From: Acidobacteriota bacterium
GTDB lineage: Bacteria > Acidobacteriota > Terriglobia > Acidiferrales > UBA7541
Reading direction: 5' to 3'
DNA: 64,000 nucleotides
Assembly: GCA_021832085.1 (NCBI GenBank)
Contig: JAKBLM010000003.1
Location: forward strand, 10,380 to 74,379
Position 1 is the stretch's first letter. Each line of letters starts with the position of its first letter. Below are positions 1 through 9,800 of the stretch, piece after piece. The position numbers and the translations under genes are program-made. Under the pieces are notes generated by a model. It was given only the letters and a program-made list of their open reading frames with translations. It was not told the DNA's origin and made no database searches.

Positions 1-1692
1 GATCTGGTTCAGGTCGGCGGGCTCCAGCCGCGCCGCCGGGAAGCGCGCGAACTGGGAAAATTCGTCGACGAGCGATTTCAGCGATTCCACTTCCTGCCCG
101 ATCAACCGCGCGCACTCGGCCACCACCTCTGGAAATTCGGGATCGAGCGCGGGCGAACCGTCGCGTTGCTGTGCGTGCCGCAAGAGCCGTTCGGCCGACA
201 GCCGGATCGGCGTCAAGGGATTCTTGATTTCGTGCGCGATCCTCTGCGCGACTTCCTGCCAGGCTGCCGCTTTCTGCGCGCGCAACAACTCGGTCAGGTC
301 ATCAATCACGACGACGTAGCCACGTTCCGAGCGCGGCGGGCCCAACGAGCTCACCGTCACCGCCGCGTGCAGCAATCGGCCAGCCGTGCCGATCTCCAGC
401 TCCTCAGAAATCGCACCGATCCGCCGCGAGCGGCGGGCCAGTCTCATCATCCGGCCGGCCGCTTCTTCGCCCGCGAGGTCTTTCAGCGTTCGCGCCGATC
501 GCGCGCGCGAGCCGAAAATCCGGGCCACGGCCGGATTCGACTGCGCGATCCGAAACTCGGTGTCGAGCATCAGCACGCCGGTGGGCACGTTTTCGAGCAG
601 CGTCGTCATCAAATTCCGCCGGCGTTCGATCTCCTCGAGCGCCCGCTCCAGGTTCCGCTTCGAAGCTTCGATCTGCCGGCGGCTTTCGCCCAGCTGCGCC
701 GTCATCAAATTGAAAGAATTCACCAATACGCCGAGTTCGTCCTGGGCCTGCACGGTGACGCGATGATCGAAATTGCCGCGCGAGATCTCCCCCGTCGCTT
801 CGGCCAGCGCCTGAATCGGCACGGTCACGCTTTTTGAAAGGAAAAGGGCAACCCAAGTCACCGCGACGAGCACGAGCAACGTGAACAGCCCGAGGGCCAG
901 CAGAATCTGCCGCTTGTATTGCCTCAGCCCCTGTTGCCCCTGCCAATAGCTCTGCGTTTCCGCATTGATCTGGTCGAGCCGCGCCAGGAATTCCGGTGGC
1001 GCACGCCGCCCCACCATCAGCACACCGGTGCCAAGCGGCGCCTGGCCCGCGTAATACACCTGATGCCCGGCGGACCACAGCCGAGTGCCGCCCTCAAGCT
1101 TACGAGCCGGATGCGGACTCGCGCCGCTCGCCGGTGCCTGTCCGTGCCAGAGCACCGGGCCCACCTTGCCGCCTTCCATGATCCACGCCACGTTTGCCCC
1201 GGCGTCGATCGAGCGCGACAGCGCGGCCGAGGCCGAAGGGGCTGTGGCCGCCCAAGCCGCCAGATGATCCAGCTCGCGAGTGTTGCCCTCCGCTTGCTCG
1301 TCGACAAGCTTGCGGCTCTGCTCCGTCGCGACCTCCAGTGGCCGCGGAAACCATTTGTTCAGCGTCCGGTTCATCAGCGCATAGCTGACGAAAAACAGGA
1401 AAATGACCGGGAGCAGGGATATTCCCATCGCGCCGTAGACCATGCGCGTCTTGAAGCGCGAGCCGAGCTGTTGCGCCCGCTTCTCCGACCACAGACGCAC
1501 CAGGCTCCGCGCCAGCACCAGCACGAAGACGAGAAACGCCGACACCACGAACAACGTGACCGCGAAGAGAATGAGCCTCGGGGGACGAAACGGCGTGTCG
1601 AGCGAGCCGAGCGTGAAGATCACCGCCGCCAGCAGCGCCACCACGACGCCGCCCAGGGCCAGCCACACGCGTCGCGCTTTCCGCCGACTCAT
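1..1692 (-). CDS. sensor histidine kinase, NtrY-like (partial; C-terminal part lies beyond the window start)
   Basis: The minus-strand frame is open from ATG at 1692-1690 to the window edge. It is absent from the ORF track because it has no stop in the window. My translation shows N-terminal TM segments and a HAMP-like stretch (PIQALAEATGEISRGNFDHRV...DELGVLVNSFNLM). A PAS-like segment follows, then the H-box AHEIKNPLTPI typical of NtrY/NtrB-type kinases. ATGA start/stop overlap with the upstream gene. Confidence 0.85.
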   Translation of the reverse strand, partial: MSRRKARRVWLALGGVVVALLAAVIFTLGSLDTPFRPPRLILFAVTLFVVSAFLVFVLVLARSLVRLWSEKRAQQLGSRFKTRMVYGAMGISLLPVIFLFFVSYALMNRTLNKWFPRPLEVATEQSRKLVDEQAEGNTRELDHLAAWAATAPSASAALSRSIDAGANVAWIMEGGKVGPVLWHGQAPASGASPHPARKLEGGTRLWSAGHQVYYAGQAPLGTGVLMVGRRAPPEFLARLDQINAETQSYWQGQQGLRQYKRQILLALGLFTLLVLVAVTWVALFLSKSVTVPIQALAEATGEISRGNFDHRVTVQAQDELGVLVNSFNLMTAQLGESRRQIEASKRNLERALEEIERRRNLMTTLLENVPTGVLMLDTEFRIAQSNPAVARIFGSRARSARTLKDLAGEEAAGRMMRLARRSRRIGAISEELEIGTAGRLLHAAVTVSSLGPPRSERGYVVVIDDLTELLRAQKAAAWQEVAQRIAHEIKNPLTPIRLSAERLLRHAQQRDGSPALDPEFPEVVAECARLIGQEVESLKSLVDEFSQFARFPAARLEPADLNQI

Positions 1693-2426
1693 GGCTCACG
1701 CTCGAGGAACCGGCCCAGCGGGCATTCCTGGCAGCGTGCTTCCCGCGGCCGGCACCAGCGCTTGCCGGTTTCCACCAGCAGCGCGTGATATTGGTTGAAG
1801 ATTTCGGTCTGCCGGGGCAGCTGGCCGTGAAACAGTTCCTGTGCCTGCTCGTAACCGACATTGGCATCGGCCAGGCCATGCCGGGCCAGGATTCGGCGCG
1901 TATAAGCGTCGATCACAAAGATGGGATGACCACCCGCGTAGAGCAGAATCGAATCGGCCGTTTCCGGCCCGATGCCGTGCACGCCCAGCAGCCGCTCCCG
2001 CAGTTCGGCGGTCGGCTGACGAAACATCCGGTCGAGCGAGCCGCCGAACTCGGCGTTGAGGAAACGCAGAAAGGCTTTCAGCTTCCGCGCCTTCTGCCGG
2101 TAATAGCCCGAGGGCCGCACCAGGCGCTCGATGCGCCGCAGCGGCGCCCTGCTCAGGGCTTCCGGGCTCAACAGGCGCGCCTGCCGCAGGTTCGCGATGG
2201 CCCGCTCCACGTTGCTCCAGGCTGTGCTTTGCGTCAGGATCGCCCCAACGATCACCTCAAACCGCGTCTCGGCGGGCCACCAGTGCTGTGGCCCCAAGTG
2301 CCGGTCCAGTACCTGGTAGAAGTTCCCCAGCGCTGTTCCGGCTTGCTCGGCCTGCACCGGTGCGCGCGAATCCGTGGTGCCAGCCGCCAGGGTGGATGTC
2401 GAGGCTAGAGCCATCTTCGCAGGCAA
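1689..2426 (-). CDS. endonuclease III-related HhH-GPD family protein
   Basis: 245-aa ORF. Motifs: GPQHWWPAETRFEVIVGAILTQSTAWSNVERAI, helix-hairpin-helix LLGVHGIGPETADSILLYA, and C-terminal Cys cluster CRPREARCQEC. An alternative start at the second Met (2414) is possible. Confidence 0.8.
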   Translation of the reverse strand: MPAKMALASTSTLAAGTTDSRAPVQAEQAGTALGNFYQVLDRHLGPQHWWPAETRFEVIVGAILTQSTAWSNVERAIANLRQARLLSPEALSRAPLRRIERLVRPSGYYRQKARKLKAFLRFLNAEFGGSLDRMFRQPTAELRERLLGVHGIGPETADSILLYAGGHPIFVIDAYTRRILARHGLADANVGYEQAQELFHGQLPRQTEIFNQYHALLVETGKRWCRPREARCQECPLGRFLEREP

Positions 2427-2719
2427 GATAACGATCGCGTCCGCGCCGCGTCAAGCCGCCAGTTTCACCTGTCCGGCCTGGGCCGGCAGCGCGCGATCGA
2501 ACCCATTCTCCTGCGTATAAGAGTATCAAACTTACCGATTAAGGGGGCAAAAGCGGCTGTTTCCGCGGCTCGCCCCCGCCTCACAGCCTCACGATGGCGG
2601 GCAACCCGGGGCTTTATCGTTCGGTCGAGCCACTTGTGCGTCGGCGGAACATCCCGCGTCGATTTGAGTTATCATGTCTGCTGAAACTTTTGCCGGCAGC
2701 CTTTCTTGAGGGAGCGGAG

Positions 2720-3235
2720 ATGAAGGCAAGGAAAAGAAACGGTGGCTTCACCCTTCTGGAGCTTCTGATTGTGATTGCCATCATCCTGATCATCGCCGCC
2801 ATTGCGATCCCGAACCTGATGCGTTCGCGCATGCTCGCAAACGAGACTTCCGCGATCGGTTCCATGCGCACGATCTACACGGCGGCCACCACTTACTCGG
2901 CCACCTACGGCAACGGGTATCCGCCCTCGCTGGCTGCGCTCGGCCCTCCGCCCGGTGGCGGCAACAACGCCACCTGCGACTACGCCGACCTGATTCCCAG
3001 CATGCTCGCCAAGGGACGCAAGTCCGGTTACATATTCACCTACGCCGGCTCGCACCCGCTACCTTCCGCGGGCCAGGGCTGTTCGAATCCTGGTTTCGAG
3101 TCCTACAGCATTCATGCCGACCCCGTCACGCGCGGGCAGACCGGGCAGCGTAGCTTCTTCATGGATCTTTCCGGCACGATTCACTACAACACCACCCAGT
3201 CGGCCACGGCCACCGATCCGCCGATCCCCGGATAG
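2720..3235 (+). CDS. prepilin-type N-terminal cleavage/methylation domain protein (type IV pilin / T2SS pseudopilin-like)
   Basis: An internal ATG at 2720 is preceded by GGAGCGGAG. The N-terminus MKARKRNGGFTLLELLIVIAIILIIAAIAIPNL carries the G/FTLLE methylation motif plus a hydrophobic helix. The upstream part of ORF 2594..3235 has no protein-like features. Confidence 0.8.
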   Translation: MKARKRNGGFTLLELLIVIAIILIIAAIAIPNLMRSRMLANETSAIGSMRTIYTAATTYSATYGNGYPPSLAALGPPPGGGNNATCDYADLIPSMLAKGRKSGYIFTYAGSHPLPSAGQGCSNPGFESYSIHADPVTRGQTGQRSFFMDLSGTIHYNTTQSATATDPPIPG

Positions 3236-3336
3236 TCACCCGCTTGGCGGTTTCCGCGGTGACTTGCGCCAAGTCCGGTTTCTCCATTTGCGCCGGTGCC
3301 GCGCATCCGGGCCGGCGCCCTGTTACACTGGAATCG

Positions 3337-4032
3337 ATGCGAAGATTGGTCCTGATCCTGGCAGGGATGGCCATGGCGGCTACCGCGATCAACGCGCGGG
3401 CGGGCCTCGAGGGAAGCAAGCGCGCCAAGGCTGTCGCCCAGGCCATCGAACGCCACTATCACGGCGTCAAAACTCTTCGGGCGATCTTTCTGGAAACCTA
3501 TCACGCCGGCCAGGACGACGTCCGCGTCGAATCGGGCACCGTCTATTTCCGCCGGCCCGGCTTGATGCGCTGGGATTACAAGGAGCCGCGAAAGAAGCTG
3601 TTCCTTACCGACGGACATAACGCCTGGTTCTACGTTCCCGCCTACCACACGGTGACCCGCAGCCCCATGCGCAAGAGCGCCGACTGGCGCACTCCTTTCG
3701 CCCTGCTCACCGGCAAGGCCAAACTCGCCGATCTCTGCAGCCGTGTGAGCCTCGTCCCCAATTCGGGCGGGCCGGGCTCTCCGCCCCTGGGCTATCGCGT
3801 GCTGGATTGCCAGCCGAAAAAGAGGGAAGGTTTTCTCGATGCCCGGATCGAGATCGACCCGTCGTACCGGATCGTCCGCGTGCTGGTGAAGCAGCCCGGC
3901 GACATCAACACCGAGGTGCAATTCGCCCGTTGGCAGGAAAACATTCCCCTGCCCAAATCTCTGTTTCGTTTCGTGCCGCCGCCCGGCGTTTCCGTCGTCA
4001 ATCCGCGGGCGCTGGCACCCTCCGGCCCATGA
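3337..4032 (+). CDS. lolA: outer-membrane lipoprotein carrier protein LolA-like
   Basis: Start at MRRLVLILAGMAMAATAINA (signal peptide) inside ORF 3244..4032. LolA-like core: VESGTVYFRRPGLMRWDYKEPRKKLFLTDGHNAWFYVP. Confidence 0.7.
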   Translation: MRRLVLILAGMAMAATAINARAGLEGSKRAKAVAQAIERHYHGVKTLRAIFLETYHAGQDDVRVESGTVYFRRPGLMRWDYKEPRKKLFLTDGHNAWFYVPAYHTVTRSPMRKSADWRTPFALLTGKAKLADLCSRVSLVPNSGGPGSPPLGYRVLDCQPKKREGFLDARIEIDPSYRIVRVLVKQPGDINTEVQFARWQENIPLPKSLFRFVPPPGVSVVNPRALAPSGP

Positions 4033-4127
4033 CAGAGGCTGCTCCCCGAAGCTTGTGTGGCGCCGCCCTCTCAGAGCCTGTGTGCCGGCTGGCCCTCAGC
4101 GCCTGAAGGCGCTATGGTGTGCTCGCG

Positions 4128-4173
4128 CTTGCGGCACAGCTGAAGCTGTGCCCTTACGAAAAGATTCGGATCC
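4128..4173. repeat. REP-like intergenic element, copy 1 (hairpin GGCACAGC-TGAA-GCTGTGCC plus conserved tail cttacgaaaagattcggatccc)
   Basis: Perfect 8-bp stem at 4132..4151 in the convergent intergenic region. About 80% identical by eye to 11160..11205. Confidence 0.6.
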
Positions 4174-4265
4174 CACATAGACTCTTCGGGGCCCACCTAT
4201 CGAGGACGATCACCGGGCCGAGGCCCGCTGCATTAGCTCCGCGATCTCGCCTGGAAATCCGTACT

Positions 4266-6386
4266 CTACTGCTGCGGGCGAAGGTGCTCGTTGAAAAACG
4301 CGGCCGAAGCCTCAAAGGCCCGTATCCACGAACGCCAACGCAGGAACATGTGCACCTCATTCGGGAACACCAGCACCTGAAACGGGATGTGATGCGCGCG
4401 CAGGCGGTCGGCCAGATCGACGTTCTGGCTGAACGGCACGTTGCGGTCGTCGTCACCTTGGATCAGCAGCACGGGCGAGCGCCAGGTGGAAATGTAATTG
4501 TCTGGCGAATTCTTGAAGGCAAGCGCCTCGGCCGCCGCCCGATCCGGCGCCGGGCGATTGGGCAAGGCGGTAAAGGCGCGATCGCTCATCCCTTCCAAAT
4601 CGACGCCGGCGGCAAACAGATCCGAATTGCGCGCCAGCCCCATGGCGGTCAAATAGCCGCCGTAGGAACCGCCCCAAATGCCGATGCGATGCGGATCGAC
4701 GTATGGCAGCTTGGCCAAATACCGTCCCGACGCCACCACGTCCTGATATTCCGACGCCCCGCGCCAGCCGGCATTCGCCGGATGCCGGAAGGCCCAGCCG
4801 TACATCGTTCCCAGCCGGTAATTCACGGAGAACACGACGTACCCGCGGCTGGCCAGGTATTCGTCCGCCGCGTAGAAGTAGTGGTAGTAGCGTTGCGGGT
4901 TGAATCCGAGCAGCATTTGCCGCATCGGTCCCCCGTGCAAATAGAGAATCGCCGGATGACGGCCCTTTCCCGGCGGAACAAACAGGTGGCCGTGCAGGAT
5001 CGTGCCGTCGAGGCTGTGGAAGACGATCTCCCGCGGCTCGATCAGCTGCGCCATCGGAAAATCCTTGGGAAAGAGCGCCGTGCCCAGTTCCTTGCGTTGA
5101 CCGCCCGCCTCGAGCAGGTAAGGCATGAGCGGGCGACGGCCGCTCGACGAGAGAAAAACGATGTGGCGTCCCTTGGCCGTCACCACCGGGCTGCATTCGA
5201 TCGTTTTCCCGCTGGTCAACTGTACCGGCGCGCCGCCGCCCAGGCTCACCCGCCACAGGTGGCTCCGGTCGATATCGTTCTCGTTCGACGCATAGACAAT
5301 GCTGTGGCGCCCCGGCGTCAGGAACACGTTGTGCAGGTCGAACTGGGTGTTGATCGAGTAGGCGCCGGGCGTCAGCAGTCGAGCCGGACCGCCCTGGGTC
5401 GACAATACGTAGAGGTGTTTCCAGCCGTCGCTCTGGGAAGCAAAGACGATCTGGTTGCTCGTGGGAAAGCAAAACGAAGTCATCTCTGCGTACAGGTCGA
5501 AGGAGTCCTGCGGTGCCGTCCCGCTCCGCCATATCGCGCGTGCTTCGCCGGTTTTCGGATTGGCCAGCATGATCTTCCAGGTCGAGTAGTGGATCGGAAT
5601 CAGCGGCGGCTGGATCCTTGCTCCCGGAATGCGGATGAAGGCCAACTGCTTGCCGTTCGGCGACCACCGCGGCAGCATGTCGCGGTCGAAATCGGGCGAA
5701 ATGAAGCGCAGGTGCCCGTGGCCGAAATCGTAGATGGCGATAAAGCTGTGATCGCCGCGCTGGCTATCGAAGGCGATCATCTTCCCGGAAGGCGACCACC
5801 GCGGCTCGATGTCGTGGCCGCGATCATAGGTCAGCGGCCGTGCCGGCTCCGCCCCGGAAACCGGCGCGATCCAGATCTTTCCGCGGCCGGCCCAGACGGC
5901 ATATCTTCCGTTGGGCGAAATCTGAATATCCTCGCAGTCCTCGTAACCGCAATCCATCGTGCCAAGCAGGCGCGGCTCGCCGCCGTCGACACTCGCCGCA
6001 TAGACGTCCTGGTGCGGTGGCTGCACCGAGCCGGAGGGATCGGCCATCTGCCCCTGATCGTTTCGCTCGTCGCCGTGGACGTAGACCACCGTCTTGCCAT
6101 TCGGCGTCAGTCGCAGGCTTGCGATGTCCTTTCCGTCGTCGGTGGTGTAGTGCGTCACCGCGTGCGCGTGGAAATCGGGTCCGGTGGCTACCCACACGTT
6201 GCGCACCCCTCGCAGGTTGAAAACCCATGCCACCGTCTGCCCATGGGCCGAGACGGTCAGTTCCGACGGAAACGGCGAGCCCATCACCTGCGCCAGCGAA
6301 AAAGAACTGGAATCCTGCCTGGTCGCCGCGCGGTTCCGCGCCGAAGCCGCGCCGGCCAACGCCAATGCCGAAAGGACGACACACAA
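4266..6386 (-). CDS. S9 family serine peptidase (prolyl oligopeptidase / acylaminoacyl peptidase type) with N-terminal beta-propeller
   Basis: 706-aa ORF. Catalytic Ser motif IGIWGGSYGGYLTAMG, Asp region LLIQGDDDRNVP, His region VFPNEVHMF. TolB-like propeller repeats in the N-terminal half (SPNGRYAVWA, SPSGKMIAFDS, SPNGKQLAFIR). The start codon is uncertain (TTG 6386 versus upstream ATT 6407, see findings). Confidence 0.88.
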   Translation of the reverse strand: MCVVLSALALAGAASARNRAATRQDSSSFSLAQVMGSPFPSELTVSAHGQTVAWVFNLRGVRNVWVATGPDFHAHAVTHYTTDDGKDIASLRLTPNGKTVVYVHGDERNDQGQMADPSGSVQPPHQDVYAASVDGGEPRLLGTMDCGYEDCEDIQISPNGRYAVWAGRGKIWIAPVSGAEPARPLTYDRGHDIEPRWSPSGKMIAFDSQRGDHSFIAIYDFGHGHLRFISPDFDRDMLPRWSPNGKQLAFIRIPGARIQPPLIPIHYSTWKIMLANPKTGEARAIWRSGTAPQDSFDLYAEMTSFCFPTSNQIVFASQSDGWKHLYVLSTQGGPARLLTPGAYSINTQFDLHNVFLTPGRHSIVYASNENDIDRSHLWRVSLGGGAPVQLTSGKTIECSPVVTAKGRHIVFLSSSGRRPLMPYLLEAGGQRKELGTALFPKDFPMAQLIEPREIVFHSLDGTILHGHLFVPPGKGRHPAILYLHGGPMRQMLLGFNPQRYYHYFYAADEYLASRGYVVFSVNYRLGTMYGWAFRHPANAGWRGASEYQDVVASGRYLAKLPYVDPHRIGIWGGSYGGYLTAMGLARNSDLFAAGVDLEGMSDRAFTALPNRPAPDRAAAEALAFKNSPDNYISTWRSPVLLIQGDDDRNVPFSQNVDLADRLRAHHIPFQVLVFPNEVHMFLRWRSWIRAFEASAAFFNEHLRPQQ

Positions 6387-6638
6387 AATCGAATATCGTT
6401 TGGGAATCGTAGTCGCACCCCCTGATGAATTTCACCAATGAATTTCGTGAAGCCTTCCACCACGCCCCGGGCCGGCGAGCCGTGCGCGTTCCCGCGGAAT
6501 CCCGCCAGCAGCCACCAGGCAACCGGAAACCATACCACCCTGGCGAAATTTACGCCGTCATTCGCACCATGAGATGCTTTCTACCCGTTCCTCATGGGTT
6601 CGCACGAATCCGCTGAGCATGCGGATGAGTTCTGTGTA

Positions 6639-6839
6639 GCGCCGCCCTTCAGGGCGGCACTTGGTTGGCGCGAAGGAGACGCCATGGCGGTCTCAAGCTG
6701 CCAGCGGGAAGTGGGGCTAGTTCCTCGCAGCGCCGGCGGCAGCCGAAAAACAGTAAAAGGGCGGGGAAGTGTTGCGGCAAAAAAAGTGCGGCCCAGCGAT
6801 GCTTTGCCGGGCCGCACGGTAGAGGTTTTCCGCGCGGGG
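6639..6839. repeat. 3' flank of TBDR gene 1, duplicated at 11209..11404
   Basis: Shared blocks cagggcggca...ggcgcgaaggaga and cgaaaaa..aaaag..ggggaag...gcaaaaaa.gtgcggccc.gcgatgctttgccgggccgcac lie in the same order and at the same distance from the stop codon as in copy 2. Confidence 0.7.
6779..6817 (-). terminator. intrinsic terminator of TBDR gene 1
   Basis: Hairpin GTGCGGCCCAGC-gatgcttt-GCCGGGCCGCAC (one mismatch), 22 nt after the stop. It is followed on the minus strand by a run of 7 T (plus-strand A run 6779..6785). Confidence 0.8.
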
Positions 6840-9800
6840 TTAGAAGCGATAAATCGCCGAAAACTCCATCACGCGGGGGTTGGTGAGGGTGCTGCCGTAG
6901 TTGCCAAACGATGAGAAGGAGTCTACCTCGCTCTGGAGCGAGGCCACGTCGAACCGGTTGGTGTTCAGCACGTTGTAGACGTTCCAGCGGAGCTGAATGG
7001 TCTGGCCTTCCATCTTGGGAATGCTCCACTGTTTCATCAGGCTCATGTCCAGGCCGAAGTACCCATCGCCACGAATCGGATTGATCGTGCCGCTTTGGCC
7101 CGGGTAGGCATAGTCGAAGGCGGTTGCAGCCTGAGCAGGATTCGTGAAGATGTTGGGAGTTCCGTTGGTGACGGTCTGGGTCCCGGTGCTCACCGGTCCA
7201 ACAAGGTTCGACCAGCCCATCTCGTCCCAGTTCGTTGGCCAGACGTAGCCCTGGAAGATGCCGACCGGGAAGCCCGAAGTCCAGCGGCCCGTTCCGGAGT
7301 ACTGCCAGCCACCGATGATGGCGTTGGCCCAACTGCTCACGTGCGAGCCGATCATCTCGCCGCGACCGAAGGGCAGGTCCACCAGCCAGTAGTAGTTGAT
7401 CTGGTTGCGTACGTCGAACTGGCTCGGCCCGTACATCTGGTTGGGATCCCAAGCGTTGATCGTGGCGCTCGTCAGGTACATCACGGAACGTTCGGCGAAC
7501 GACCCGGTGTCCATCGACTTCGAGAGCGTGTAGTTGAACCCGAATAACACGCCGTGCGACATCTGCTTGTGCAATCCGAGCTGGAAGGAGTTGTAGTTGG
7601 AGTGGCCGATCGAACGCCAGTCCCACAGCGAGGAATACTGGCTGTTGTAATAGGTGTTCGGACCACCCGCAGCGTAAAACGGCAACCCGTAAATATCGAT
7701 GTCGTAAAGCGGGCTGGTTTCGTTGTAGAGATGGCCCGGGGAGGTGAAAACGTTGTAGAGGGCTTGGTAGAAGTTGGATGTCGTCTGTGACCAGTGCGGA
7801 TACCCCGGCACGTAATACAGCAGGTAGGAGGGGTTGGACGGCTGCTGCGCCATCATATCCTCCCAATACTGGGCAGTCGGCCCGATAGCCGCAGCACTGG
7901 TCACGTCTGTGTACGGTATGCCCTTCCGGGCCATTGCTGAAAGCTGGCTCGCTGCCTGGAAGTAGCTGATGCCGGTCTTCGGATCCACCAGATTGAGAGG
8001 CATGGCGACGTCGTCGTAAACCAGCAGCCGGTGGGAGAAGTGTCCGACGTACGCCAAGTCCAAAGTCATCTGATGGGGCAACTGGCGCTCGATCGAAAGG
8101 TCAACGGCGTAGGAATACGGCGTCTTGATCGACGGGTCGATTCCTTGCGCGATCGCTTCCGAGCCCAATGGATAGGTGACAGGGAAGGTGGCCGGCGGTG
8201 CCGGGGGCATGATCACGGTGCCCTGTTCGTTCTTGGTCGGAATTACGTTCATGCTCGTGATCCGGGGAACCTCGGCCACCGAGAGGTCTCCAGCCGGGTT
8301 CTGGAGTTCGGTGGTCAGGCCGAATTCTCCCGCTGCGTTGTAGGTCATCGCGAGCTCCGGCCCGAAGTTGCTGTAGTACATGCCGAAGCCGGCCCGCACT
8401 ACCGTCAGGCCGTCACCGGTGAGCTTTCGCAGCCACCCTCCACTCGGCCGGGGCGACCAGGCAAAGCCCAGCCGCGGGGCGAAGTTTTTGTTCTGGATCC
8501 CGTACATTGACGGTCCATTCCAATAGGAGCCGGAAGGCGCGAACGTGATCGGTGCATCGTAGTTGGAGGGAATGCCGTTTTGCCCTTCGAGGCTGCGGGT
8601 GTTGAACCAAGTTCCCTGGTTCACCGTGGGCGCTACTTGCTGTCCGCTGGTTTCCGTTACCGGCGTCATCAGCTGGTAGTTCAGGCCGTAGGTTACGGAG
8701 AGGGTGGGGAAGGCCTGCCAGGTGTCTTGCCAGTAGAAGTTGTAGCTGTCGACTGCCCAACGCCGCGCGACCGACGCACCCTGCGCCAATGGCGTGGCTT
8801 GAGTCAGGCTGGTGACTTTGTAGTTGTACACAGCATCGATTTCGCTGGCGAGGCCCATCATCGCCGCCAACGGAAAGTCGTAGGAGTGGTAGGAGTCTTT
8901 GCTGATCGCAGGAAAACCGCCCGAGGCGGGGTCGAGCGGGGAGCCCGTGCCGGCAAAGCCGCTCGTGTCCACCCAGTCGGCGTTCGTCAGCGCGTCGCTA
9001 TATGAGTTGCCGTCCGAGGTGCTGTGCGCCCGCATCAGCAGGAAGTTGCCGCCAAACTCGAAGCTGTGGGATCCCTTCAGCCAGCTTACCGTGTCGATGA
9101 TGTTGTGCACCGGAGAAACCCACGAACTCGACCGGGTCACGCCCTGGTCCATGTCGCGGAAGTAGACCCAAGGCTGGTTCGAATTGCCAATCGTGCCGTA
9201 GCTCGCCCGCGTCAAGCCATACCGGAAGCTGTTCACCCAGTGTGGCCCGAAAACGCCCGTGTACCCGATCACGAAGCCCTTGCTTAAATCCACCAGAGAG
9301 CTCTCCGGCACTTGCCCTGGCAAAAACGGCGTGCCGGCGGAGCGGTCGTCCACACCGGTCCCGCGGAAGAACACGGTCTGGTTGCCGTTTTTGGTGATCT
9401 TGTAATCCAGCCGTGCGATGTACCAATTGAAGGACTCAGTTGTCGGCGCCGCGAAGGTGTAGGAGGCGTAGTTGGGTTGGTCGAGTGCCGCGACGCTGTT
9501 AGGCTCCGGGAACGTTTGCATGTAATTCAGCGCAACCTGGCTTGGCCCGATATGCAGTGGGTCCATCTGCTTGAGCTGTGCCGGTCCCAATCCGTACCAG
9601 CCCGCCGGCACGGGATAATTCTGGCCGTTCGCTCCGGCCACGTTGCTGGCCGGGCAATCGCCCGCCGTGTTGCACTGGTAGAGAATGATCCCTTGGCGCA
9701 GTGTTGAGCTCGGGATCGTTCGCGTGGCGGTCGCCCCCACATGCTGCCGGCGCCCTTCGTAGTTGAAGAAGAAGAAAAAGCGGTTCTTGAGGAAAGGCCC

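Noticed and set aside
4119-6425. 768-aa ORF on the plus strand covering the whole S9 peptidase locus
   Set aside because: It is antisense to a gene with clear catalytic motifs. The translation is R/A/G/P-rich with no recognisable motif, typical of a high-GC shadow ORF.
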